DNA from: Squalus acanthias
Taxonomy: Eukaryota
DNA: 64,000 nt
Assembly: GCA_030390025.1 (NCBI GenBank)
Contig: CM059432.1
Span: 106,828,001-106,892,000 of the forward strand
Direction of reading: 5' to 3'
Shown: one piece after another, positions 49,989 to 62,185 of the stretch
Numbering within the stretch: position 1 is the first letter of the stretch
Layout: every line of letters starts with the position of its first letter
Translations under genes and position numbers: made by a program
Notes under the pieces: model-generated
What the model saw: only the letters and a program-made list of their open reading frames with translations
Told to the model about the DNA's origin: nothing
Database searches by the model: none

Positions 49989-52542
49989 CAGGAAACTCTT
50001 GTTTAACCGGCACCTAAATATCCGGAATTCTCGCTTAACCGGCAAAAATCATCCTCCGAAAACTCCTCTCAAATAACCGGCAATGTTGCCGAGTCGCAGT
50101 CCGAGTCTCCCGCGAACGCCGAGTACTCCGAAAACTCCTCTCAAATAACCGGCAATGTTGCCGAGTCCGAGCCCGAGCCCGCGAACGCTGAGTTAGTCAG
50201 TGGGGGTAGTTCTCCAAAGTGCCACTACTCGGCCTCCTGGCGCTGTCGGAAGTCCGAACACTGCAGTAACATGAGTCTGATTCTCCCGCGCTGCCGGGAG
50301 TCTCTTCTGATCGGCCATTTTGCTGTGTGTCTCCCACGCTGCTGGTACTGTAGTCTCTTCTGATACACCATTTTACTGTGTGTCTCCCACGCTGCTGGTA
50401 GTCTCTTCCTCGCCACCATTGTTCTGTGTGTCTCTCCATCTTTATCGGGAATTATCTCCCCCATCTTGCATTATGGAATTTCCAAAAGCTGGTCCAAGCA
50501 AAAGGAAGAGAGTGGTCTTAACTTTAAAACAGAAAATCGAGATATGCCAACGACTAGAAAGGGGAGAGAAGCGTATCAACATTATGAATGAATTCAAAAT
50601 CGGTTAGTCAACAATCTACGACATCAAATTTCAGAAGGATAAGCTGCTCAAGTTTTATTCAAGCTCGGAGACATCTAAGAGTGTAGAGAAACAGCGTACG
50701 CTTCGTAAGCCTAAGCTTGAAGAGCTCGATACCGTGCTTTATGAATGGTTTTCTCTTAAGCGTTCAGAGGGTGTTCCAATTTCCGGACCCATGCTAATCG
50801 AGAAAGCGAAGGATTTCTACGAAAGGCTGGAGCTCACTGACAAGTGTGCTTTCTCCGAGGGATGGCTAACGTGCTTCAAGTTACGGCACGGGATACGACG
50901 ACTCGATATTTCTGGGGAGAAGAAATCAGCTGATCACGACGCCGCAGAAGAATACTGCGATTATTTCAATCGGATTGTGCAGCAACATGATTTGTCGCCA
51001 GCACAGATCTACAATGCTGATGAAACTGGCTTGTTTTGGAGGTTTTTGCCAGAATCAACGCTTGCTGGGGCTAGTGAGGCTAATGCTTCAGGTTACAAGA
51101 AAAATAAAGATCGTGTAACCGTGCTAACATGTGCGAACGCCGCTGGATCACACCGGGTTAAACTTCTTGTTATCGGGAAGTATAAAAATCCCCGTGCATT
51201 TAAAAATGTGAGGCACTTACCTGTTGAGTACAAAGCTCAAAGAAATGCTTGGATGGATAAGGAAATCTTCTCCGATTGGTTCCATCATATTTTTGTTCCA
51301 TCTGTGAGGGAACATTTCCGTAAAATAGGGAAACCTGAAGATAGCAAATGCATTTTATTGCTTGATAATTGTAGAGCCCATCCGCATGAATCCGAGTTGG
51401 TTTCAGGAAATATTTTCACCATTTATTTGCCACCAAATGTAACTTCTCTCATCCAACCCATGGACCAGGGCGTTATCCAAAATCTGAAGTGTCATTGCAA
51501 TAAAGACTTCCTACGTAAACTGATAAGCCAAGATGACAATATTCAAGAATTTCAGAAGGAATACAATATTAAAGATGCCATCTATAATGTTGCATGTTCC
51601 TGGAACTTTGTGAAAGGTCACACTCTGAGGCAAGCCTGGCGCAAATTGTGGCCTTCTGTAATGTTTGCTGAAGGTTCTTCTTCAGAGGAGGAATTTCATG
51701 GGTTCAATGTTCGTCCCAAGAAGAGTACAATAATGGAAATGGCTGGCATGGTGAAAAATGCAGGCCCAGCAAACCCTCTACATCACCTCAGTGAAAGTGA
51801 TATCGAGCAGTGGGTTGATGCAGATAGAGAAGTTGGTGTTGTGCATATGCTAAGTGATGATGAAATAATTGAGAATGTTTTGAATCCAAAGAAAGAAAAG
51901 GAAAGTGAGATGGAAAGTGAAGAGGATGATATTTCTGAAGAAGAGAAGATTTCTTGGGCTAAAGCTGCAGAAGGATTTTCTTCAATCCTCAAATTTGCTG
52001 AAAGGCAGACTTGCTACTCTGCCCAAGGAGTTATGCAACTCCATATTCTGCATTCCACCTTTCTACAGAAAAGGCAAGAGTCCACTAAGCAAACCAACAT
52101 CCGCAACATGTTTAAGAAAGCTTCCAAAAGAGTCGCAGCAGCGGAAGTGCCTGAAGAATCTGTGGCATCTGTGGAACTGCATGATCCTGATGACCCAGCT
52201 GGCACGGATATTTCTGATGAACCAGATGACTCGGAATAAGTGTACAGTCAACTACAGTACTGTAGACAGTCGTTTATAAGTTTTGTTTTACTGTTAAGTA
52301 ATTAAAGAGTTATGGATTACCCTCAACTGGCAGTACTGTACTTAATCAAGCATCTTCCACCATCCATTTAACGCAACATTCTGTAGGTGAGTACCCAAAT
52401 ACTGTATACTGCACATTTCTTGATTTTTTTATTTTTCTTTGTTAAAAATAGCCTCGGTAGATATAACTCTCCGTTATCCGGAACTTTCGATCAACCGGCA
52501 CCACGCCGGTCCCGTCGGTGCCGGATACCAAAGAGTTTCCTG
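49989..52542 (+). mobile_element. Tigger/pogo (Tc1/mariner superfamily) DNA transposon, full length, 2554 bp
   Basis: TA|CAGGAAACTCTTGTTTAACCGGCACC ... GGTGCCGGATACCAAAGAGTTTCCTG|TA. The 26-bp TIRs match at 22 positions and the TSD is TA. Confidence 0.95.
50473..52239 (+). pseudogene. Tigger-type transposase (Jerky/TIGD/CENP-B-like), 588 codons with a single in-frame TAG at 50605-50607
   Basis: [21 protein letters not shown]... carries a psq-type HTH and a CENP-B-type HTH ([15 protein letters not shown]). The catalytic motifs are NADETG, LLDNC and QPMDQG, giving DD32D spacing by my count. The frame is continuous across the stop. Confidence 0.92.
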
Positions 52543-55500
52543 TACTTGGACTTATTTCATATATCAGCATTTTGTTAAAATTATGTAACAAAATACCAAC
52601 ATGTTGATTTTTGAAATGCAGTATCTGTATAAGATCATATCCAAAAAAACTCCCACTAGGTTTTCGGAAACAAAACCTGCTTTGGTGAGAGTGGGTGCAG
52701 AGAAGGGGACTCGTGTTTATTGTGCACTGTAACATTTACCAACTAAACCAAAAAATAGTAGTGTTTTCCCACCGACTCCGTCTGAAGTTTACGTGCAGCC
52801 ATGTATAATGTACTCGTCACAATGTCAGCACATTTATAGTTCTATGAAATGTGTGGATATTTGGTATATGTCCAATAAACGTAATTAAACATTTCATGTG
52901 TATGTTAAAGCCCCCGGTCTGCCAAGGCTCCGTATCATTTACAAACAGTACGTGAGACGCTGGAATATGATGAGGCTTGTTGGTGCAGAATACTAATAGA
53001 AGCAGTACGTGTTCAGTACAAGTAGTTTGTTTCTGTGGGTGGTTTTCTGGTAACAGTATCATTTCAATTTTATTTAAACTTATTGAACAATTTGCAAATT
53101 TTGCATGTTTTAGGGAAAAAGTTGCGTTGCTTACAACTATATCCGCTGCTTGCTCTCAATGTTCAATACAAATGGGTTCCTTTCACAGTGAAACAGGCTC
53201 CTGCACCTGCTTTCACTAACAGTAAAATTTTCAGACGTAATTGCTGGGCAGTTGTTGGGGAATTAGCCCAACCCTGCGCCAGCAATGAGTGTTTCACCGT
53301 CAGTGCGGATCATCTGTCAAGGCGTACCTTGACAGATCGCAAGTTCGGGATTTAGCACGTGCGCCAGCGCATGCGTAAATTCCAAACTTGTGGTCAATTT
53401 CAAAGGCGGTATGACAGCATACTCTGAGTATGCCATCATACACACCGCAAAATCTGCCCCAACGTTTCCGTTCCACCTGGGCCAGATCCCTTTTCAACTC
53501 ACTGAAATTAGCTCTCTTCCAGTTAATTATCTTCATCTTTGTATGTTCAATGTCCTTTTCCCTAACTATGCTAAACCTAATGATATTGTAATCAGTGTTT
53601 CCCAAATACTCTCCCACTGAGACATGCTCCATTTTCCCCACTTCATTCCCCAGAATTAGATCCAGCACTGCTTCCTTCCTCATTAGTCTGGAAACATACT
53701 GATGAAGAAAGTTCTCCTGTACACATTTCAAGAATTCCTCCTCCTCTTTGCCTTTTACGCTGTTTTCCCCCAGTCTATATTAGGATAATTGAAGTCCTCC
53801 ATTATCACTACTCTATTGTTTTTACACCTTTTTGAAACTTGCAAATTTGCTCCTCCATCTCCTTCCGACTATTTGGTTATCTACCTTGTCCACCTTGTAC
53901 AGGTCTTCTGCCCCAGAACTGGTCCCAATACCCCAGGAATCTGAAGCCCTCCCTCCTACCCCATTTCTCCAGCCACACGTTAACCTGCTTTATCATTCTG
54001 TTCCACAGCTCATGAGCGCATGGCACTGGGAATGATCTAGAGATTACTACCTTTGAGGTCCTGCTCATCAGTTTCCACCCTAGCTTCTGAAACTCTGTAG
54101 GATCACAACCCTTTTCTTACCTGGATCATTGGTTCCAATATGGACCATAAGTTCTGGCTGTTCCCCTTCCCCCGCAGAATGTTCTGCACCCATTCTGTGA
54201 CGTCCTCTACTCTGGCACCAGGGAGGCAACACACCATGTGAGACTCATTCGCAGTTGCAGAAATACCTGTCTGTCCTCCTGACTATCGAATCCCCATGAC
54301 AACTGCATTTCTACATTTTGCTGTGCCCACCCGTGCAGTCATTTGCCCAACGGTGCTGTGGATTTTCTCTAGACTGCACTCCTTCATGGTGCCTTCAACC
54401 TCACCAGTAACTGAAAAATGATTTGTGAGTGGCACACTCCCGGAGTATTCCTGCACTGCCTGCTTCTTCCTACCGTGCCTGATGCCCACACTTGCTGTCC
54501 TCCTGAACTCTCTGACTGCTGGGTGACCATCTCCTGGAACGAGCGATCCAAGAAACTTTCAACCTCCCGTATGCCCTGCAGTGACACCAGCCGCTCCTCA
54601 AGTTCAGAAACTCTTAATACATTGAGGCCTCATTTAAATGGTAAAATAAATAAAGTTGTTGTATGAAATGCGTAAGAGCAGTCTCCGCAGGCGTTAAGCA
54701 CAACTGGAAAATTGTGCACTGTGATTCTAACAGGCACTGGCTGAGATTGTGCACCACTGAATTGCCTGGTGTCCACCCATCCAAAGGATCCCACTGGACA
54801 GAAAATTACCCCTAGTATGAATGGTTGCAGACTAATGAAACTGCACACTTCATGACTTTACTTTTCCCTGCAAAATATCATATCACCCATGTGCAAATGA
54901 TCAGGAAGCAGTGTGTAGATAATTCAAGAGCAGTTCAAATAATGAAAAATTTCCATTTGTAAGTTGTATCGCATCTCTCAGGAAGGTCTCAAAGTCCCAT
55001 TTCTGACTTGCACTGTTCTCCCATTTTACCCACTACACTAACAACCTTCATATCACCAATTTTGAACTGACATGTGGTAATCTGAAGTATTGTAAAATCT
55101 GCCTGAGTTTAATCCGAACTACCTCCAAGTATAAAGTGGCCAAATGCAGCAACACCCAAAAGATGTGCAAGTGCCCTATAGCAATTTAATCCTAAACTGA
55201 ACCTGTGTGGAAAAGTCTACAGTTTATACATCTCAAATAAAAACTACAATTGTTTTTAATTTGCTCAATGCTGCAGCAGTTGATATGGAAGTTCTTGTGT
55301 TTGAATTGGATGTAATTCTTGTGTTTGAATTGGAAGTACTTGCCTCTGTTTCATAGTGTCTTGAGACCATCTCCTGTATCCTAGAAATGTGCAACATTAA
55401 TGAGTAGTCCAGTCGGATGGAGGCAATGAGTGATTTATTTTTTAATGGAAACTTATTCTTCATTGATATCATCCTCATCCATCAACTGACCAAACAAGAC

Positions 55501-55721
55501 TGGGCCTAAACAGTCCACATTTTTATAACAAAGTATTACTATTTTATGTAATGGTATAAAAACACAAACAAACAGATATGTGCGAATGATTGCACAGTAG
55601 TAATCTCATTGCGTGTTCAGGTGCAGTTGTAAACTTCTCAAGGTTCATTCTTGTGATTTATGATTCTTCCTAAACCCCCTCAGTGAGAATGCTGCCTTGT
55701 AGACAATCTCTGGTATCCTCT

Positions 55722-57055
55722 AATACTCAGAGAGGGGAAGGTCAGAGGGGATAGTGAAAACACGGCAGGGGTGAGATTGGGAGAAGGGGGTCAGAGGAAA
55801 GTGACCGGGAAGAAGGTTCCAGAGGGACGTTGGTGTTCAAGAGTTGATGAAGCTTGCGATCCTTGACATCAGAAAGGAAGAAAAAAAGTTTTTTGTTGAA
55901 GCGTCGGATGAGTCGAAGGATGAAATGAAACTGTGGACCCGGACAGCTTTGAGATAGAGTGCGTCGGTGCTGCTGAAGAGAGAGGTCGAGAGTGTTCGTG
56001 TGGTGGCACATGGCGTTGAGCGTGGATCTCAAGATGCGGCGAGAGCAGTAGTTCGAGGAACGATGAATATTGAGGAGATATTTGTAATCCTGGCTGGATC
56101 CGAAACATGAAGGGTGGAAGTTCAGTTGGAATCCACGTGGAATAACTCGGAACCGGAGACAGTTACTGAGGAAAGAGATGTGGCTATGAAACCGAGTCTT
56201 GGCAGATACCTGATTAAACACGAAAAGGGAAACTGAAAGCAATGAAGATGAACAAGGTTGAAGAGACAAACGGAAATCCCGTCGGAGAGAAGAGCAGAAC
56301 TTCTTCAAGGTGGGCATTCCTAGAAGAGAGGTGGCAGTGAACCAAACACTAATACAATAGCAAAATACTGCGGATGCTGGAAATCTGAAATAACAACAGA
56401 AAATGCTGGAAATACTCAGCAGGCCAGGCAGCATCCGTGGAGAGAGAAACAGAGTTAACATTTCAGGTCTGGGACCCTTCATCAGAACTGGAAAAAGCTG
56501 GAGATGTAACAGATATTAAGCAGGTGCAGAGACAGGGGGGGTGGTTTTGGAGGGGAGGAAGGAATTGAAAGAACATACTGTGCTAAGGTAAGAGGCAGGA
56601 AAGATAAAATGTTGCAAATGGGGATGGCAAAATCATACAGCATGAAAAATGGGGGCAGGGATTATTGTCTGAAATTGTTGAACTCGATGTTGAGTCTGGA
56701 AGGCTGTAAAGTGCCTAATCGAAAGATGAGGTGCTGTTCCTCGAGCTTACGTTGAGCTTCATTGGAACAATGTAATAGGCCGAGGACAGAGAGATCAGAG
56801 TGGGAGTGAAGCGGAGAATTAAAGTGACAGGCGACCGGAAGCTCAGGGTCACCCTTACGGACTGAACGGAGGTGTTCCGCAAAGCGGTCACCCAATGTAG
56901 AGGAGACCGCATCGTGCGCAGCGAATACAGTATATTAAATTGCAAGAAGTACAAGTAAATCGCTGTTTCACCTGGAAGGGGTGTTTGGGGCCCTGGACAG
57001 TGGGAAGGGAAGAGGTAAAAGGGCATGTGTTGCATCTCCTGCGCTTGCACGGGAA
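55722..57055 (-). mobile_element. Penelope-like retroelement: GIY-YIG C-terminus, then pLTR, then start of the next ORF
   Basis: ORF 56662..56895 (DRFAEHLRSV...PVACHFN...RKLEEQHLIFRLGTLQPSRLN) is a Penelope endonuclease C-terminus. The ORF start MPTLKKFCSS lies at 56317. GGTATCCTCT is duplicated at 55712-55721 and 57056-57065. Confidence 0.9.
56453..56489 (-). ncRNA. Minimal type I hammerhead ribozyme motif, with CpG decay in the stem III palindrome
   Basis: The minus strand reads AGTT-CTGATGA-AGGGTC-CCA-GACCT-GAAA-TGT-T-AACT. Confidence 0.65.
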
Positions 57056-57355
57056 GGTATCCTCTGGTGCATGTCCAAATGATCTCCTGATTATTAGCTG
57101 CTAATTATCAACCAATTAAAATTAAACTTTCAGTAATTATGCCACGGTCCTCAAATCGGATGTCATCACACATCAATACCATGTTTTGTCTTAAGCTAAC
57201 TTGCATGGCTGAAAACTGGGTGTGACAGTTGGTTCTGTATCAGTGGACAGATAGAAAAATAATAAGCTGGGACAGGTACTATTTCTGTAACATGCATGAA
57301 GATTTATAACATAAGAATGTTCACCAAGTAAACTGTTTATAAATGTCTTTTATAG

Positions 57356-57527
57356 GTCTTCCCTGTAACTGTGCTGACCAGTTTGTACCAGTTTGTGCCC
57401 ACAATGGACGCACCTACCCAAGTGCCTGTATTGCACGATGTGTTGGACTGCAAGACAATCAGTTTGAATTTGGACCCTGTGCATCCAAAGATCCATGCAC
57501 TCCTAATCAATGTTCCAAAAGTCAAAG
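57356..57527 (+). CDS. RECK: RECK internal coding exon E (172 nt), Kazal-like domain
   Basis: cttttatAG|gt ... caaag|GTatca. Translates GLPCNCADQFVPVCAHNGRTYPSACIARCVGLQDNQFEFGPCASKDPCTPNQCSKSQR, with the Kazal pattern PVC-x2-NG-x-TY-x2-AC. Confidence 0.97.
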
Positions 57528-58559
57528 GTATCAACACTTTTTTTTATATGAATTGGTTTATGTTCAAATTAATCACAGCACTCTAAGAATTTCCTATTGG
57601 ACCTTCTTCAGCTACTGATTGGTATGGGTTCTCAATTTGCTGCAGCTTCCAAGTATACAGTAGGCCTCCCTGTGTCCGTCGTCATAGCTACCACTTTTGT
57701 GTTTAGTCATTTCCAGTCATCTACTTTTCCTGCTTATTGATGCTAACATACTGCACTTCCCTGAGCTATGGGCATCAGTAAATGTGGCTGTGCTGCTGAC
57801 TTTAATTAAGTTATTATTCAGTGATCTATAAAGAGACCATACTAGTAACAGGAGTAACAGTATTACCTGGTTCTCCATCTTCCCATATCCACAGGTCTTT
57901 GCAGTAGTGATAGATGGATACCCCAAATATACATGAAACATTGACACAAATTGACAGCACCTCCAGCCCTTAGCTGTGCAACCTAGCAGTACTTCCTGCC
58001 TCAATCCTTATGCAACTTCAAAAGGAACAAGTGCTTCTCCCTCATTTCTGTTTTGTTCCTGACTTTTGGGGCAATTTGCCTCTGTTAGCTGCAGAACTGC
58101 TTTGAGTGACTTTACCTCTACATGTTGAGAGACTTGACTTACACTGCAGGTTTCTTAGTCATGAAGCCACTTTGGGGATGTAGAAATCACACGTTCTGGA
58201 GATGGTTGAAAAAGAGCTACTAGCCTATTATTGACAGTAATAGATTTATATCTGAAGCAAATGTCTGATAGCTCATAACGGTGCTTGGCAGCTAAGGGTC
58301 ACCTCTAAACCAAGTTAAACTGGAGTCAGCTGTAAATTTAGACTTTACTAGGGACATTAAAAAGAAGCTGAATACATATTTAGCTAGGGTTGGGGTTGAA
58401 AATGGTATTGGTAATTACAGCAGTGGGTTTCAAACTTTCTGTGTGGGAGATAGAAACAGGATGACTTTGAACTACCTTACAGACCCCCTATGGTCCAAGG
58501 GCTTCAGTTTGGACCGCATGAGTGAATGCAGCATTCGGTGACCAGGGGCAAATAGCAAA

Positions 58560-60010
58560 AATATGAGAATGATTGAATATTCTACACGATGACTCTTGGG
58601 GGTCTGGGAATGTTTATGCAAAAGTTTCCTTTGGCCAAGACAGCTGAAAGCTCTGCCACCAATAGTGGGGCAAAGAGAAGGGGGAACTCATAGAGGCTGG
58701 AGTTAGAGGAATGGAGAAGGAATAGGGATGGAGAAGATTGCAGAGATAGAATGGGGGCAAGACCATGGAGGGATTTGTAAACTAGAGCAAGGATTTTGAA
58801 TTTGAAGCGTTGGGAGACAGGAAGCCAAGGTAGGTCAGTGAAGATGGGGGTGATGGGCATGTGGCAGTTGGAGTTTATGGAGGGTGGAGGATGGGAAGCC
58901 AGCAAGGAGCATGTTGGAATAGTCAAGTCTTGAGGTGATCAATGCATGCATAAGGGTTTCAGTGTCTGAGGCAAACAATATCACAAATACGAAAGTAGGC
59001 GGTGTTGATAATGGATTAAATATATGGTTTAAAACTCAACTCAGGATCAGTCAAGAAACCAAGATTATGAACATTCAGGTTCCGCCTGTGATTGTGGCTG
59101 GGGAGGTGGATGGAGTCAGTTACAAGGGAGCGGAAGTTGTGGCAGGGGCCAAAGACAATGGGCTGGATTTTGCTCTCAGCAGTGAAGGAACAACGCACGC
59201 GCTGACAGTTGCTCACGGCTTGGCGTCTGCCGTCTTTTCCAGCGTAGCGCCTTCCATAGGGGATCTGTGGCATATGTGACCAGGGCAAGCAAAAGTGAGG
59301 CTCTTCAACCAATCAGATTGAAGTATCCTCACTGAGACACACAGAATCCAAACCAGGAAGTATAAAGCAGGAAATATAAATTAGATTGAAATAATGTAGA
59401 GAAAGTGAAATAAAGATTGGGAAATACAAATGGGATTAAGGGAGAGAGATAAAAGAGACAGACAGAAAAAGTTTTAAATTATTATATTTTAATTTTTTTA
59501 AATCTCCAACACTAATTTTCTTCTGAAGGAATGAGACTCCACACTTGTAAAATTAATTTTTCAGGGCCAGAAAGGTGTGCAACAATAACAATCACCTATC
59601 ACACCGTTAAAAACTCACTTACTCCTGAATGCACCAGCCCTAACTTTTTCAGCCGCTTTTAGTGCGGAACTATTGGGTAAGTACAGTAAGTTCACGCTGT
59701 TGCAGTCATTTCAATGTCGAGTCTGTTGGCGAGGACTACAACAGTGCATCTTGTGGAGGAGCGCACCCTGTGAAGGAGTAAGGTATCTCTGACAGCAACT
59801 TCTGGATTTCCATGTTTAACTGCGCATGTGCGTACTCCAGAAATTGCTGTCAGATTTCCTCCATTATAACGGTGAGCATTGGCAGACTTACCGTTGTTCT
59901 CATCGCAAATTCCGGGCCACTGATTTTAGCTGTGTCCATTTTGAGCTGCAGAAAATTGTGACTCATCCACATCTGGATGTTAGATAAGCAGTCTGACAGT
60001 CCAAGGGTTG
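58560..60010 (-). mobile_element. Decayed L2 LINE fragment interrupted by a MITE
   Basis: [34 protein letters not shown] is the L2 ORF2 C-terminal motif. [12 protein letters not shown] lies upstream of it. Confidence 0.8.
59160..59918. mobile_element. Harbinger-type MITE inside L2
   Basis: Ends GGGCTGGATTTT / AAATTCCGGGCC with flanks AAT and ACT. L2-like sequence resumes after it. Confidence 0.7.
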
Positions 60011-60296
60011 AGAGTAAGACATTGCTCTGTTAAATGTGTTATATGTGAACCTCTTAGAAATTGATCAGAACCAACATATTTGGGGATTTAACATATTGCG
60101 CAGTAACAGGTCACTTGGATTCAATCGAGCATTTTAGTAAATTCTGCAACTGAAATTTCTGAACCAGTGCTTCCAGTGTCTGAAGCTCCTGCTGGTTGAG
60201 CAGATTTGGAAAATTGACTCTATAATTGCCAGTTACTAGAATGGCCAATCAACATCATGAATGGGTTTTGATTACATCCAGTGAATGAGCAGTGTT

Positions 60297-60620
60297 CATA
60301 GAATCACAGAATGTTCCAGAAAGAGGGTATTCGCTCCAGCAAGTCTGTTCCAATTCTTTTCTCCACATGAACCACCTGATCTAATCCCACTCTACCCGCT
60401 CCTCTACTCTTTAATATTCCTCTATTTCATGTGATTATCTAATTCTCTTTTAAAAGAATCGACACACTGTGTATCAACACAGTTTGTGGCAAAGAATTCC
60501 ACATGCTAACCACCCTTTGTATAAAGACATTTCTTTCTAACCTCTTTAATTCTTTTTGTGATCGCCTTAAATTTGTGGCCTCAAGCCAACCACTGGAAAC
60601 AATCTTTTCGTTGCTTTCTT
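60297..60620 (-). mobile_element. Old CR1 3' fragment
   Basis: Tail catagaatcacagaat and the block gaattccacatgctaaccaccctttgtataaagacattt. Confidence 0.6.
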
Positions 60621-60951
60621 AAATACCTCGGCAGCTTGGTCTGAGATAACTACCGTTGGTTAACTCAGACCACGCTGTCCTCATTGTGCCCTGATTATGT
60701 AACGGAAAGCTAATAATTCTTACTGATGAGATGGAGCTAATGCTGGGAATTTGGTGCAGAGGGGGAAGGAGGTGCTAAGTAATTTAAATTAAATATATAA
60801 ATAATCAGTAATGAATTAGATCTAAGGAGATAAAATTAAAATTAACTAAGTAGAGGATACCAACATTAAAGAGATCCGAATTGTCTTAAATAAAAATCTG
60901 GTACACATAAATAATATATATAAAACATAAGTCGATAGACTTTTAAGCAAA

Positions 60952-61457
60952 ATGATGGGACAGCTGAGGCCCATTGCCTGCAATTCCTGTGCCGTGTGGG
61001 AACTCCGGGACACTTCACGTATCTTGGACAACCATGTGTGAAGTTAGTGCCTCCAGTCGCTCGAACTCAAGTTCAGGGTTTCTGAGCTTGAGGAACGGCT
61101 GGAGTCATTGCAGGTCATATGGGAGACTAGGAATTTCCTGGAGCGCACGTTCCAGGAGGTGGTCACCCCACAGCTACAGAGAGTCCAGGAAGATAGTAAG
61201 TGGGTGGCCACCCAGCAGATTAGGAAGAGGCAGACAGTGCAGGAATGCTCTGGGAGTGTGGCACTCAAACCGGAGTGCTGAAAACCACCTCGGGGGAGTG
61301 CAGTCTAGAGCACATCTACAACACATCCACTGCACCACTGCACCATGGGGCAAATGACTGCACGGGGGGCACAGCAAAGTGTAGCAATGCAGTGGTCATA
61401 GCGGATTCAATAGTCAGAGGGATAGACAGGTGCTTCAGCAACTGCCAATGTGAGTCT
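60952..61457 (+). mobile_element. CR1 ORF1 5' fragment
   Basis: Encodes MMGQLRPIACNSCAVWELRDT..., CLQSLELKFRVSELEERLES and AVVIADSIVRGID. It is truncated by a Penelope fragment. Confidence 0.8.
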
Positions 61458-61823
61458 CTTTCGATTAGCCCTTTACAGCCTTCTGGACTCAACATTGAGT
61501 TCAACAATTTCAGCCTATAACCCCGCCCCTATTTTTTCACATGGCAGCTGTTGATGATTCTGCCATCCCTATTTGCAACATTTAATCTCTCCTGCCTTCC
61601 ACCCTATCACAGACCGTCCCTTTAGTTCCTTCCTCCCCCTTTCCCTGCCTCTGCACCTGCTTAAAACCTGTTACATCTCTAACTTTCTCCAGTTCTGACG
61701 AAGGGTCACAGACCTGAAACGTTAACTCTGTTTCTCTCTCCACGGATGCTGCCTGGCCTGCTAAGTGTCTCCAGCATTTTCTGTTATTTCAGATTTCCAG
61801 CATCCGCAGTATTTTGCTATTGT
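61458..61823 (+). mobile_element. Penelope-like 3' fragment with pLTR
   Basis: Encodes LQPSGLNIEFNNF*, followed by a pLTR. It is the reverse complement of about 56355-56725. Confidence 0.88.
61691..61727 (+). ncRNA. Minimal type I hammerhead ribozyme motif with intact core
   Basis: AGTT-CTGACGA-AGGGTC-ACA-GACCT-GAAA-CGT-T-AACT. It has the CUGANGA and GAAA cores, stems I and II, and an ACGT palindrome in place of stem III. Confidence 0.75.
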
Positions 61824-61834
61824 AAAATATTTTT

Positions 61835-62185
61835 AAATGTAGTCACTGTTGTAATGTGATGGCGGCAGCCAATTTCAAACAGCAATGAAATAAATTACCA
61901 GATAATCTGTTTTAGTGATGTAGGTTGAGGGATAAATGTAGGCCAGGATACTGGGAGAACTCCCCTGCTCTTCCTTGAATAGTAGCAAGGGATTTTTTAC
62001 GTTCACATGAGAGGGGAGATGTGGCCTTGGTTTAACGTCTCATTTGAAAGTCAGCACCTCTGTCAGTGCAGCAATCCCTCAGTACTGCTCTGAAGTGTCA
62101 GCCTTGATTATGTGCCCAAGATCTGGAGTGGGAGTTGAACCCTTGACCTTCTGACTCAGGTGAGAGTGCGAGCACTGAGCTAAAG
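61835..62185 (-). mobile_element. SacSINE1-like element
   Basis: Reverse-complement match to 27634-28000, including the head (gggagttgaacccttgaccttctgactcag). Confidence 0.8.

Larger units (their letters stand above)
49709..53460. mobile_element. Probable non-autonomous Harbinger-type element inserted in CR1 and itself hosting the Tigger
   Basis: CR1 similarity stops at 49708 and resumes after about 53465. The ends GGCCCAAAACTTGCGG and CCGCAAAATCTGCCCC are imperfect inverted repeats with CpG-rich arms. No clear TSD. Confidence 0.55.
47390..54615 (-). mobile_element. Old, internally deleted CR1 LINE hosting several later insertions
   Basis: The 3' end is at about 47390, with a second 3' fragment nested at about 47788-48070. 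RT fragments lie at 48070-49700, APE fragments at about 53470-53870 and ORF1 fragments at about 53880-54615. Confidence 0.75.

Noticed and set aside
50734..52239. Possible domesticated gene (JRKL/TIGD-like) nested in a RECK intron
   Set aside because: It has TIRs, a TA TSD, a nonsense codon in the N-terminal HTH, and sits inside other transposons, so it is best read as a transposon copy.
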